DNA from: Tubulanus polymorphus
Taxonomy: Eukaryota > Animalia > Nemertea
NCBI RefSeq assembly: GCF_964204645.1
Contig: NC_134025.1
Location: 10,540,001-10,604,000, forward strand
Reading direction: 5' to 3'
Length of the DNA stretch: 64,000 nucleotides
Positions 38,201 to 52,417 of this stretch are shown here, in pieces. The position numbers were made by a program, and so were the translations under genes. The notes beneath the pieces are model-generated. The model was not told where the DNA came from, made no database searches, and worked only from the letters and a program-made list of their open reading frames with translations. Positions within the stretch are counted from its first letter, which is position 1; each line of letters begins with the position of its first letter.

Positions 38201-41200
38201 TAGTTCCAGGTAAAAACCTGTATTCCGGAAGACCAGACTTATGCCCTGACTCAGAAAGCGGCCTCGGCAATCGAATGTCGTCGATGCCGCATATGCGTCA
38301 AACTTTAATGTACCTCCTGCGTGCGAAATGAAATAAGCTTCCAGTTTTATAGCATCATCAATCAAGTGTGAAAATGTAGTATGCCATCGATGGATTTATC
38401 AATCCGTCACCTTTTATGATCTTTGTTCTCCATTGTCGCTGATTGCGGCTAATCTGCGCTTCGATTCTCAGGTATACGGGGTATTAGTCAGATTTCCCCG
38501 GGCTCTTTTTTATTACGCAGGTACTCCGGTGCAAGTACACAAAATTCACTATTTACACCAGATTTATAACGCTATATTCTTTCAAAAAGTTTCATGCGTA
38601 GATTTTTCATCTTGATCGCTGTTCGCTTTTCTTGGAAAATAAATTTCTTAGATTAAGGAAAATTCGCGTCCACACAAACACCACAGAACCAATGCCTTAT
38701 TCGGTGATTGCGACACCACTTTTTCCGTCGCGATATAATGAAATTGATTTATGATAATTAATATTATAGTATTAATTAATGATAATATTCATTCGCCATT
38801 TTGAATTATAACAACTGTACAATAGTAATACGTATTCAAAAATTCAAGATGGAGGGACGCGTGAAGAAACCATTTAACGCGTTCGCTGCCTCCCTCAGAA
38901 ATTAGGCAAATCACTCTTCTTGATAAACTCAGATGATCTTAAGGTTCATATTTAAGGTGGTTTCTACTGATCACCATTCAAAGAATTTGAGAAATTATCG
39001 ATAGATCTTAATTGAAAATGAGAAATCCGGGAGTTCTTGTCTGAGTGACCACTAGCGAACCTGGTGAATCCTCGCTTGTCACAAGTGGAATCCTCGATTG
39101 CCACAGTCAAACGTAGTCCTCATAGTATTACGAATACCAAAATTCAAGATGGAGGGACGCGTGAAGAAACCTTTTAAGGTTTAAAAGATTTTCATGCCAG
39201 CCTCGTACGCATTTCTCGATATCGACTTTTCTATTTCGTTTCGTGAAATCGATCAATATATGCATTAACAAAAGATCAATCCGCCCGCTTTCTTAATTAG
39301 GATCGGTATGACGCGGTGACGTCACTCGTGACCGGCAAGGTGTGTTCCGTGTTGATTGAATTTAATAAAATCAAGCAAGCAAACACGGCAAATCTTGTCG
39401 AAGCTTCGATGACTATTAAAATGACGGTAGATCGATGCGAGATCTGACGGTTATTCCCTCGAGTTTAATTACTGGGCGATGAGCGAACAGCAAAGCGGAC
39501 GTTTCTTCCTTCCATAGTTTGACTCACGTGCCGTAGCGCCGACGCACCGTTTCGGTTTATTAATTAACAATATCCCGGACACGGATACTTGCCTGTTTCG
39601 GCTTACATCGATATAACGACAAGATACGGTATATTCACGTTTATCTATGAATAAATCATAATCCATAAGTTACGTATTAAATGCGCTGTCGTCTGCTGGC
39701 GAGCGCTCGCGGGTTTTCATTCATGCATCATCGCGGCAGAGTTGAGACCATAGATATCATTGTATCATCGGGATGATAGCCGCTGAATGCAAATTTCGAC
39801 GAATGAAACAGAAAATACGCCGCGTAACAACGAACTTTAAAAATCAACTTTCCGAATGAAAGCGCGCGTGAAAAAAAAATGGAATCAATTCTGCAGAATG
39901 CGTTTCATGATCTGATGGCGGAAATATGTAACCGGAAATTAAACAAGAAATAAAATGATGAAACATCAATATGACGCAAACCTATGACGAAAATGATATA
40001 GAGAGCCTCAACGGTTCTGGTATTTCAAATTTTTTCCAAAAACCAGAAAAAAACCCTTAATGATCGCCGAGAGTACATGAATGCTTGCGTGGCAGGGTAC
40101 GTTTTGCCTATCGCGATGGGAAATAAATGTCATTTTATAAAAAAATTAAATATATATTCGCATTTCTAGCTTCGTTCATTAAATGATCATTGTACAAATT
40201 CCAGTTGCAGAGCTAAAATCGAAAAATCCATTTTTATTTTGATTTTGATTTTATCGCAAGTTTTATAGATTTGTATCATCTCATCCAGTGTGCTGTTTCT
40301 TAAGTCAAAGCATAATGAGGTGAATAACGGGGTCTTTAGACGCACCAACGCTGAGTAAAATATACAAATCGCCAATTCAGGATTCAGGTACAACACTTGT
40401 TTGTAGGCCCACTTCAATATTTTTGATTGCACGCCGAATGAATGCATGCGGTATGTCTTTTTGCGTTATCTGTCGCGGAATGTTGTTAACGGATTAAACC
40501 TTTCACTTACTAACGGACGAAAAATCTCTAATGAAAAAAGAGATTTTCTCTTGCGACCCGAATTACAGAAATATCTATCATTCATCGTTTTCAACGTTAT
40601 TAAAAGGCGGTATCCTGGCTCGAAAATGATAGGATCAGAATGCTTAGTAAATATATCGCATGTTTTTGATATTTATTAACAATAACGCACTTGAATGATC
40701 TAATCCTGCGGAGAAACGTCGGCCGTCTTACTCTTCAGTTCAAAGTACCCCGCGAAGACGCAACGACGCTAAAAGTCCATATACGGAATGAGCATTACGC
40801 AGAGATCATGCACCGGCTATTAGTTGACTTCCTTTTACGCCGGCGCCGAAGAGTGATTCATATTTGAGAATAAAACTTTGTTGCGTCATCTTTAGATTAG
40901 TTTACGAAACGATTACGATATAGTTTGTTAATTGCGTTGATGAAAAAACGCGCGAATGAATGAGAGCGAACGAGGGACTATGTTTTCGGCTCTCTGATAT
41001 CTGATCTGAGCAAAGTGGTTACTTCCGTCTTATAGGTTCTCGCCTGGCTACATATCATCGTCGAATAACTCTGAATTATCATTGGATAGTGATCATCAGA
41101 TTTATACCAATTCGTTAATTGATTCATAATGCTCGCATTTCTGCGAAACATGTCGTCTATTTTTAATACTTCCATTGAGTCGTACGGAAGCGCCCCGATG

Positions 41201-42614
41201 TATCTATTGATAGAATTACTTTCTGGGGATTTCTTGCGACACGTGATCAAATACGTTATAGAAAAAAGTGGGAATTTTCGAAAATGATATAGAGATCGTA
41301 TATCTCTGTGAGGAAATCGTTTAAAATTTTCCAAAGCATTTTCTTACGTGCGTTGTACATACAGTTCTATTTCCATCAATGAATCTTCAATAGAATATAC
41401 CGGCATTTCACAACCTCAAATCAAAGAAATATTTGGCCAATTTTTCTGATTTTTTGTGACGTGTGAGTTCTATGAAAACTAATTTTAGTACACTAGTATA
41501 ATTTCTAAAGTTTTCTTTGTGTACATGTGTGGTGTTGAACTAACTTTTTTTCAAAATCCCCAGGAGATGGTTACGTGAGTTTTTATGAGATGAAAAATGA
41601 ATACGACACCGTTCAATGTTCGCTATTCACTGCGTAAAAGAATCACTGTCAATCAATCGATACAATAATCGATCAATCATCAAAACATCCGTCCGTCTGA
41701 CTGGCTTCTAGAATTTTTCATATTATTTACCTTGTAAAATCATATCGTTGCGCGGGGCTAGATTGATGGGCTTCTGTGAGTGTCTTCCACCTCTCCATCG
41801 GGACAGTGGCAAAGAGAGGCAGTTGACAGGGATACAATTTCCCCACCGTGTCGGCTAGTTCTCAATTGGTCACACTGACTCAGCACCTTTCTCCACAGTA
41901 GCTAATTAATGAGTCGGTCTCTTTCTCTTCTTTTCGCTTTGCCTGAGTCATCTCATCCACGATTTGGTGCGACGCAAACGGACTATCATCGACATAATAA
42001 TTTTCTCTTCAATTGGGGAAAACGTATTTTACCTCACGCGGTTTCGTATTACCTAATACTTCAATAAAAAGCAAATATGTTTTGTCATCTATTTCGAAAG
42101 TATCGACTCTTCTGCAGAGTAGGCAGATATTTGTTCTCGTTTTAATTGATTGAACTACTGTGAGAATATTTTTGAAATTTAATTGATTAAACGATATTTT
42201 CAAATCAGGTAAGAAAGTAGGCCTAACGACATTCCTAAATATGATACTGGTATATTCATCAGATATATAAAATCTACATCATCTTCCTTGATTACCTGAA
42301 CAAGAATCAATCATAAAAAGCTAGTAATCGATTAGTTCGAATATGATTTCTTGAAACAATATCTGCCAAATATCGTTTGGAATAATCAAGGCAAATAATG
42401 ATATGGATACAACAGTTTTTTTTCGTCACCTTGCCTTGATAAGTAACCTTTATACTCTTCGTTACATATTTGCCTAAGAAGCGTTTTAAGCCAAAATCAA
42501 CTGCGTATCACTTAACAATAGCTTGACTACATTTGATTCAAAATTCAGAAAATGAATCTATTGAAAATTTGCTTATTTCACTGTAAGATAGCGTAGAAGG
42601 CCGTGGGATTTTTT

Positions 42615-43030
42615 TCGACGCCGTAAAAACCGTTACAATAATGTTTATATATACATTGATACCTATTATGCAATTTTCAAGGGGTTCTGTGCGAGTCGAT
42701 GTACACTACGTCATCAATATTTGAGTTACAAAATAACAATTACAATTATGAATTTTAGCGTTTATTTTGTGATTTGATATATTTTATGACTTATCTTATT
42801 TTTGATAAATTTCAACAATTATTTTTTTCCGAGGATGTGCACTAGGTCATCGATATGTCGGGGATAGACTGGTTGCCGGTAAATTCAATTCAATCATTGG
42901 TATATTCAAATCCAAATAATTTCATTGATCCTTAATAATATATAATCTATATAATATCAGTCACTGTCGAAGATATTACCCGTAATTTTTCAAGGCGTCA
43001 ATAAATTTTCAAGTTAGTTTTCTTGTTTAT
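42615..43030 (+). mobile_element. Dispersed repeat, copy 2 of 3
   Basis: gacgccgtaaaaaccgttacaataatgtttata ... tagactggttgccggt ... ggcgtcaataaattttcaagtt. Confidence 0.8.
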
Positions 43031-46000
43031 TTCTTGTGCTCATTTCTGTAATCATCGATAATTCAAGTTTTGAATTCTAATTCTAATTCTGAATTCCTAA
43101 ACGAACACCCCCGTTATCCAGACCGAAGTCTTTCTCTTGTAAAACATTATCGGTGAATGATATACAGTGTTCCACTGTCGTTGTATTATTACCTAAGCCT
43201 TGAGTCGAGCAAAAGGTAAAATGACAAATTTCCTTATTTATTGTGGTCGCGTAACGTGATAAAAACTCGATCTGTTGACTGTTATGATGATTTATACACA
43301 TTGAAACCTGCAGTCGGCCATTCATAATTTGTGTTTCGATCTATGGAGCGTATACGGCATCGGCACGATAATGCTTTCTGGGCATATCATTTCAAAACTA
43401 ATGTTTCCGACTAAATTAGCCATCAGGAAAACTCGGCGAATTTTATCGCAGGTGTGAGTAATATGGTGTGCGTAATGAAAAAATATTAAATCTACTACTA
43501 CTGGCGCTTCACTACAAAAAAAATCATTTTCCTGTAGACCTGCGAGCAATCATCAGAAATGATTGCTCGTATTGTAGGTGTGGCCTATAGCTCATAAAGG
43601 CACATCAGGGATTCCAGTAGATTTGGTGCGAAGTTTATAAGTTAAGGTAAATAGATTTCAATGAACTTTTCCCAATCTTCTGAACACATATTTATTCTTC
43701 TCTATGAATCCATTTCTCAATGATAATTTTTCTGAACTTCGCCATATCGATAGAAAAAAATTAAAACAGGCTTATATCGTTACTATAGGGAATTGATCTT
43801 TTTCTTCCTTTCAGATGTTAAAAGTGGAGGTGGAAATAACGTTCAATCTGGATCCACAATAACAAACAGTTGCCCTAGGATGAGTTTAATTTTAATTTTA
43901 ATTTATTTTAATTTTTTATTGATTCTTGCATCAACTGGATGCAGGTTTTTACTTGATTCTAATAACTAACTCAATTGGCCTTGATCTGAATTAGCCTTTT
44001 AAGTTAATACCGGTTTACAGTGAATAATAGAGATTAAAAGATTATGAAGAATAATGTTCTTAATCCATCAGAGCTATGAGTGGTCAGACGTTTCGTATCG
44101 GCGTCGTATTTATGCGTGCATCCATAAAAAAAACGTAAAAACATTTGACGCAGTGAGAATATGACAAAACCCTTAAAAGTCGACTCGGACACACCCACTC
44201 ATCATTCAGTTATTACTCATGGCACATCTTCTAAGTTCGTTGAGCTTATTTCTTGCGTTTTTTCTCTCTTCAACAACGCATAAAACTGCCACGGCGTACA
44301 CAGCGCCCGTTTTGTCGCCAATGATTCACTGAATCTGAAAATTGAAGTCTCCACTTTGCTTTCAATCAGTTAAAACACTTCTCATTGCGGGTCGCGTGTG
44401 TTTTGTTTTGAGATTGCTGAGCGAAGCAATTCCCGGCTCATTAGACCTGTCACAAAAGCGCAATTTCGTGAAAAATCACTAAACAAGTTTGGAATTCTAA
44501 AATCTGCAGCGATGAAATCGAAATACCATCGGATGGACTGCGCTATACGGCGTTCGTTCACCGCCACGCGAGCGAGTGAGTGCTAATGGCTTACTTCAAA
44601 TTTTTCGCTAGTTTTTTCTGTCAATCAGTTAAATAATACATCACTGTGCAACTGTGGGCGCCGCTGAGTCACATCGGTATACCTCATAACCGACCCCGGG
44701 ATTAATTTCAAGAGGAAGGAAATCAACTTCCACCCTTCATGTATTCATCTGCCTTATGATGACGTATTAGTTTACACGCGGGCGGAACAAAGGAACCGAT
44801 ATATGAGCAATCAATGTCGTTAGCAATGGTGCGAAATATTTCAATTTTCATAAGCATCAAAACGTCGCCTACACGACCGTAATATCTTAAGAAAAGTAGA
44901 AAGTGAATTTCATTTTGTCATGGAATGTCTCAATTTGCCCTAAAAACTATCGATCTGTTTTATTGAATAATAATAAAGATACACGACTCTACTTTTGAAA
45001 ACCACGACAGACAGTTTCAATTCATACGAATTATGTCCAGTCACCAAATTTTACTTTCCAGCTTTCTAATTGCTGCACGGTCAAAAATAAATTTACTTTT
45101 GATCGAATTTTGTAATCATTAATCCTGCTATCAGTTGATATCAAAACGTTTATTCTATTATCAACTGTGGGTTTTTGCTTGTCAACTCTAAATACTGTGA
45201 TTAATATCATATCAGTCTTCCAGTCATAAAATAGAATATATATTCATGGATTCTAAAACGATTATTTTTAGAGTCCATGATATATCTAAATAAAATTTCT
45301 AACAAAGAGAGATCTGACGCAAAGTTGATTACGTATTCTGGCCATTGCGAAATGCTAATTGATAGAACACGTGATAGATTTTAAATCCTTCGTAAATCTT
45401 CATAATCCTTAAGCTTAAGTTGCCTGCATTACCTGTACTATAATGTACGTACGTTACTCGCATCGCTCGAAGCCGCTCATGAGTGACAGCGAAATCCCAA
45501 TTTCTAATCAAACAAATGAGTTTAATTTAACTTTATGCCGATCGATTTGATTCGAGCAATGCGTCACAATGAAATCGGGCGATGTCTTATTTCCTGTTCG
45601 CTGACGTCGCTGACGATTCGCGCCATAAAGCGAAAATTAATTCATCAAACATAGGCCAATTATTACAATCGGGATGATTGGAATGTTTAAAGGAATTACA
45701 AGGAGCTACGCGATGATTTGCCAGAATTCACGCTCAGAAACCGCAGCCTTTTATTTTCGTTTTACATCGATTATCAAAAGTTTCCGACTGACTTCTTATA
45801 AATAATAAGAGTTATTTTGTTTTATCGTCTTGTAGCTATTGGTGGCTAATGCGATATGGCAGAAAAAGCGCGGCGGGTTTTCGTTTAATATAATCCGGCG
45901 ATGTTTTCCGAATAGATTGCCGGATTTGACTTGATATCTTTCATCGGCGCCTAAGTAAATCTGAGGATATTCGGTATCCAAATAAGAGCGACGACGGCGG

Positions 46001-49000
46001 GAAAAAAACAGCACTGCCGAGAACAGAGACAAGTTTGAGTTTTGTCTCACGCCATATGTGATTCATCGGTAATAATCCACCGCACGACACGACCGGGCAG
46101 GAATCTGGTTCGCATATCGTTTGATGAAATTTGACCTCGGGAATACTACTTTTAAACCGATGTTCTGTTCACTGAAACCGACAAGGAAAGTGGCCACGAC
46201 ACGAAGAAAAAACCGCTTAACTTCTTTCTTTTTCCTTTTATCTTTTTATTATTATTTAGATTGCATCACATCCCAGCCGCCATTTACGAGAAACAGATTT
46301 TACAGTCAATATATTTCGCTAATCAGACGACAAAAACGAAATTATTGGATAGAGAAAAGTAAGCACGAGGCAGGCCATAAAAGAATACTTTGGATTCTTA
46401 TTTCTTATCTTCCTTATCAAATCGCCAGGAATCTGAATTGTTATTTGTAGTTTTGCTTCACAAAACTTCTTAAAAATTCAAATAACGAATGTTTGTTCTG
46501 TTTTCTATGAAGACCTAGAACGTCGGCAGACTCAAAATGTTTTACAAAACCAGAATCGAAGAGTTGAAATTAATTTTCAATTATCTATTAGTGAGTCAGT
46601 TAAAGAATAAGATAATGTAATTCGTCTTCGACCACATTGCAACCCGTGCAAAGTATTTTGGTGTACCGGTACATCTTCCTGTTTCTAGCTAGCATGTGCG
46701 CGCTAACTCTTAACTTTTGAGCTCTTTTACTTTACTTAGATATATCCTAAAGTTAGCAGTTTTCCAAAGTAAAGTCAAATTTATATTGATTGTATTATTG
46801 GCTCAATTTTTTGTATGTTTGCATATTAGATTTCCAAAAGAGTTTCTAGCGCTCCTGGATGAAATGATTGAAGTTTCTGATGTCAGTAAAAGAGATGGAT
46901 TCACTTTTGTCCAATAAACACTCACAAACCTAGTTGCTCGATCGTTGTTACACAAATCTTTCGTCGACCAAAAATTATTAGCTTTTCGTCGAAGTGTCTT
47001 CGGCAGCTCTTGTTTGTAAAAGTTGTTCTTGTTTCTTATCGATTGTTTGTCTCCTGCATGCAGAAATTCCAACAGCCGTTGACCTTTTTCTACGCGCGAT
47101 GTTGCCGAGCTATTCGCGAATGTCCAGGGACGCGAAGACAAGTGGTCCGACCGACTATGATGGATGATACTACAATTATATACTTTGTTGATTATAAACA
47201 TAAAGTTTGATTCAAGTCACGGCGGATCTTGTGACTCAATAAATGACTGCGGTAATATCAGCGGGAATTTTTGTTGGCTAGTATATGAGATAAACGACGG
47301 ATTTTCTCGCGTGACTGGCCAACTGTCGCTTCCGGTTCGCCGTAATAGAGAATGACAATGCCTTGCCGCTTTCAAATTAGCGCCTTTCCGGGCGAAAAAG
47401 GTTACCAATAGCTGCCATACTTTACATGAATTAATAAAAGCGTATCACCTGATTCACCTGGAAATTGCTATAGATCACAAACACACTGAGTCCGCGTGTG
47501 GACTTATGACAGGCATCAACGTAATCTCTTATGCATGGTTGGAAATGGCAATCATCTTCAATTTCCAAAGACGAGAACGATCGGAGATTTTCATTTCGAT
47601 ACGTTTACACACACACGCGCACGCGCCTTCTGCGTTGCCGTTTCGACAAAAGTGACGGCTCCCTACACCCAACGATAGAACGTATAAATTCTATTCATAA
47701 TATGCAGAATTGGCATTTTTAGTACGTATTCGGCGCTTCCAGCAGGAAGTACGCACCACTTACCATTAACCGCAGTACCATCTTTATAGCATGTGGTCCA
47801 GCAAGATGTAACCGATTATCTTGACACGAAATCATATTTATATTCACGGTTATCATATGTGACATACCACACGCAGACGACAGTTTGGTCAGCTTTTTGT
47901 TTATCTCTCATAAAGTCACGTTCATACCTTCATACCTGATTCATTGTTTTACGCTCAAGGCATAAATATCGAGTTCTATGACTTATGACTGGCTTACCAT
48001 ACTTTTAATGGCCAATCAATTTGTTTGCTTTTCCTATTGATCGCAACTAGAATTTTTTTTGGTATATTTTGTAATACGTGGCGTTGTATCATTAGTAATA
48101 ATATTAGTAATTATCAGTAAAATTAGATTCTTAATCAATTTATACCGTTTTTTTGAATATTTTGTGAAAATTGATAGCAGCCACAGAGGCTTGATGTGGT
48201 TCACGACGAACCATTTTATATAAAGCCACTATGGGAGATGAAATTAGCTAAAACCTAGTCTCGTGGAGCGTCGATTAATTTCATCATCCGTCTGTTTTTA
48301 TAGCATTAAGCGCTAGGCGAGCACTCAGATCAGCCCGAGAATTAATGTATACATATTCTAGATAAGTCTAAGACGTTGGTCGCAAATTATTGTGACTTTC
48401 ACCTGCGTTTCTCTTACTCGATGACTCACACACGTATCTAATGAGCAAACCTACGTCAACACTATACGAGACGTTAACAGTAATGCATAGTGATGACCTT
48501 CCCCGGTGACAGTAACAATTTGGAGTCAATTATAAATTCATACACACTTTCCTTATTTTTCTGATAGACAGTTTCAAATCGTCCCCGCTCAACTCTTCTC
48601 ACAAAGGGCCAGGTACGTGCCGATACGAATTTCTAAACGAATATTGTACATCGTTTTTTCATTCTTAAGAAAAACCTGATTATTTGCTAAAATACATTAT
48701 GCCTCATATTTTCCACAAAATTAGTAATGCTATAGCTTTCTGGATCCACTTCCAAAAATTGTTGTGTTCAAACTAACGAACTAGATATACACAGAAACGG
48801 ATGAAAACATCAACAGGTATTACAACATCGAAATAATTTAATCCACAAAACGATGGTACGACTACGTATTACCCTAAGAAACGTAGCCACATGGCAATTA
48901 ATTTATTTCTCTACGTAGTTGATTACTGGGCAATTTCCGTTCCATTATATTAGGTCAAAAATAAGTTAAACAATCGGAACCTCCAACCTCCTCTGGCAAT

Positions 49001-50217
49001 CGAGGATTCCACTGATGGCAGGCGAGGATCGAGGATTCCACTGATGGCAGGCGAGGATCTGCCAGGTTCGCTAGTAGTTACTCGGTCTTCTGCGTTCAAT
49101 CTCTTCTATATTTCAGTTAAAATTGAACGAACCTTTTCTGAAATTAATCAATTATTAATGAAAACTATTTCAATCTCTTGATTGGAAAAACGTAGATCTC
49201 AATGTAGGCTATTTTTGGTGGGTTCTGTTGTGATAATGTATTGATTTGGGAGTCACAAAATTCAAAGTTCATCGAAAGTGAAATAATTTTGACAACGTAA
49301 GTCTGTGTTCTCATCACGCCATCTGGTGGGGTAGCTGGTAATGCGCTTCCTCCTACCCGACGTTGACGGCCCAGACAAGGAATGGGGCTTAGCAGCAGTA
49401 ACTTTAATTGGCTAGTGAAGTGAGATTTGCAGCAATTACAGCTCTTGTACTTTGTCAAAATATATTGAAACCTCTTGTAGTTTTGACAGGAAGTATAGTC
49501 TATACACGTTTATAATGTCATCTGAAATAATTACAATTATATATTAGTCATACGTCTCGAGAGGCGCCGGAAACAGAAAAAAATTATACCTGGCAATGTA
49601 ATCGTGCATCATGTTTTCCAGGCAGAGACCATTTCGTCTGTCGGTAAACAACTAGAGTCTAAAAAGTAGTAGGATAGCCACACTCTGACGTGGGGAATAG
49701 ATTGTAAGTTTAAAACCCACCATATATAAAGTTTAGAAGACTAAAAGTTTAAAAGTTTGAAAGTTTGAAAATTAAAATCAAAAGACTCGATGTTTAGAAC
49801 TCTCGAAGATCACCGTCAGGTCATAGTTGTATAAAACGAAAATCACTACTGGTAGTATAGATAAGCTCAAGCTTTTTGAAATATGTATTTGATTTATTTT
49901 CGATATAGTATACGAAACCTCACTTATAATGAATAAAAGTAATGAAGAAAAGTAAATACAATCATGTAGCCGAGAAAGTTGACGGCAATCTGTTGAATTC
50001 TTGCAAAAATGTTTAAGATATTCCATGATAGGGGGCAGATCTAGGAAAATGGTTAGCGGGGTCCAAAAGCCACGTCAAAGGCCACTAGCGGGATCCCAAC
50101 CTCGGAGTTAATATGTTTTTGAAGAAATACACTGTAAAAGATGCATATTCCAAGATGATGTGCGTCAGATTCGCAGGTTTTTGACGATATTTGTCTTAGC
50201 AAAATGGGCAACATCCG

Positions 50218-52417
50218 AATAAGCCTTTTTACAGTTTCCAGGCGCCATTTTTTTGGGTACCCGCCGGGTCCGCATTGTTGAATTTTTTGTCCCTATTTTT
50301 TCCCCGTTTAATATTTTTATTTCGTTCATATCTCTGGATTGGATAAAGATAGAAACAAAGTGAAAATATTGATTGACTCAGCTGATAATTAGTTTTTTTA
50401 CTATGTTACTCAATCATAAAGTTAATGCAACAATGCGCGCTGGTGAGGTTATAAGCATTGATATCGTTTTCCCGATAATTCAACTTGAATTATTGCTCAG
50501 CTCATTCAAAAGTTCGTAATTCTTACAATTTTTAATCTACATTTTTGAAATTTTCAGGATCAATAGCCATCTATATGTGGTCTTATATACCTTTTACTGT
50601 TTTCAATTATCTTTATTAATTTTTAAGTAATTGCGAGTCAAACTTCCAAAACACGTTTTCCCGGGTCCCCTGGGTGCATCTTTATATCAGGAAATTTCAC
50701 AATTTCACCGTTTCCTACTTTGTTGAAAATCAATTTATTAAGTAACCATGGAAATAAGGGCACCTAGGTTTTTGAAAAATGGTTATTAAAGATATATATT
50801 CTCTAGGATTTGTCAAAATAAACAAAATAACCCAGGTGTTGCTTTAACCAGCTACCTAGGTTCACAACAGATCATTTTGTCCAACGTGTTTCATTCGATT
50901 CCAAAACTGCACGTACGGGTATACGATTGCAAATGTGAAAGTCAGACATTATGTGGCACATGTATGAGAACCACAGTCTCAATGCTGCGTCGCATTGACG
51001 TCGCAAATTTGCATGGCTACTTACGTGAAGTGGGCTAATACAGACCTTGTATGATCAAAACTGACTTAGAATTCGTGCCAAATCTCAAAATAACTATCAA
51101 ACACACGAGATCAATTTTGACAGAAAGTAAACGAATGTTATGTTCCTCAATATATACTAATATATTCCAAAGTTCCAATCTTTCCAACACAATCGACTAA
51201 GCCTAATATATTCAAATTCAATTTGAAACACCTTCCAGCTCGTGTCACGATCAGTAATAAAGATCGAACATCGAACGTTCTCAAAAAAGCAAACCCGATC
51301 CAACGGTTTGCAAACGTCAAGTTTGACACAACCGTGGCTGCTTCCATTTGCGTGGAGCTGCTGCTGAAAATTCAAAAATGTAAATCGGGTACCGGTATTT
51401 AACTGAAGACCGAGCGCTCGCCATTACACCATGGTATTTCTGATGCTTAACTTTTGAGCAACTGGCTCCAGAATCACCTGCCAACGGCCATATTTCATTG
51501 ATGCAATATACTGTGAAACGATATAATATAGCCGGGAGATCAATGAAACTTAAATGCCTGACACTAAGACTTATTTCGACTTTTTTGACTATCTTAGATG
51601 ATTGGGAGAGGGGTCCAAAAATAAGGACATTTTCCGTAGATTAAGGCTGTGAGTAGGGTGCCCCTCGGTGTTGAAACAAATACATCCAAAACAATTTAAT
51701 TTGCAAGAGGATGAATGTTAGATTTGTAAGTTTTATGCGATCACTGTCTTGACAAAGATGGTAATCTTAATGGGAAGGAGCAGGGGTCCGGACTACCGAC
51801 CCTCCAAACCCGTAGTCTGTCCCTGTGTTACTAGAAATATATCTCTATTTACCATTTTTTTTCAAATAACTAGGTGCCCTTGTTTCCATAGTTACTGAAA
51901 ATTTTGATTTTAACAATGTAGGACCGGTTAAATTGGCAAATTTCTTGATATAAATATGCACACATGATACTCTAGAAAACGTGTTTTGGAAGTTTGACTC
52001 GCAATTACTTAAAAACTAATAAAGATAATTAAAAACAGTAAAAGGTATATAAGACCACATATAGATGGCTATTGATCCTGAAAATTTCAAAAATGTAGAT
52101 TAATATTTGTAAGAATTACGGACTTTTGAATGAGATGAGCAATAATTCAAGTTGAATTATCGGGAAGACGATATCAATGTTTATAACTTCACCAACGCAC
52201 ATTGTTGCATTAACTTTATAAATGAGTGATATCATAAAAAAGTTTATTATCAGCCGAGTTCATCGATATTTCTACTTTGTTTCTATCTTAATCAAATCCA
52301 GAGATATGAACGAAATAAAAAAATTAAACCGGAGAAAAATAGGGACAAAAAATTCAACAATGCGGACCCGGCGGGTACCCAAAAAAATGGCGCCTGGAAA
52401 CTGTAAAAAGGCTTATT
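50218..52417. mobile_element. 2.2-kb non-autonomous foldback-type element with ~590-bp terminal inverted repeats, nested in a CAGGGGCGGATC-type MITE
   Basis: Left arm 50218-50806 (aataagcctttttacagtttccaggcgcc...) is the reverse complement of 51831-52417 (...ggcgcctggaaactgtaaaaaggcttatt); no transposase ORF seen; outer ends gggggcagatctagg (50031) and cctaaatccacccctg (52466). Confidence 0.85.
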
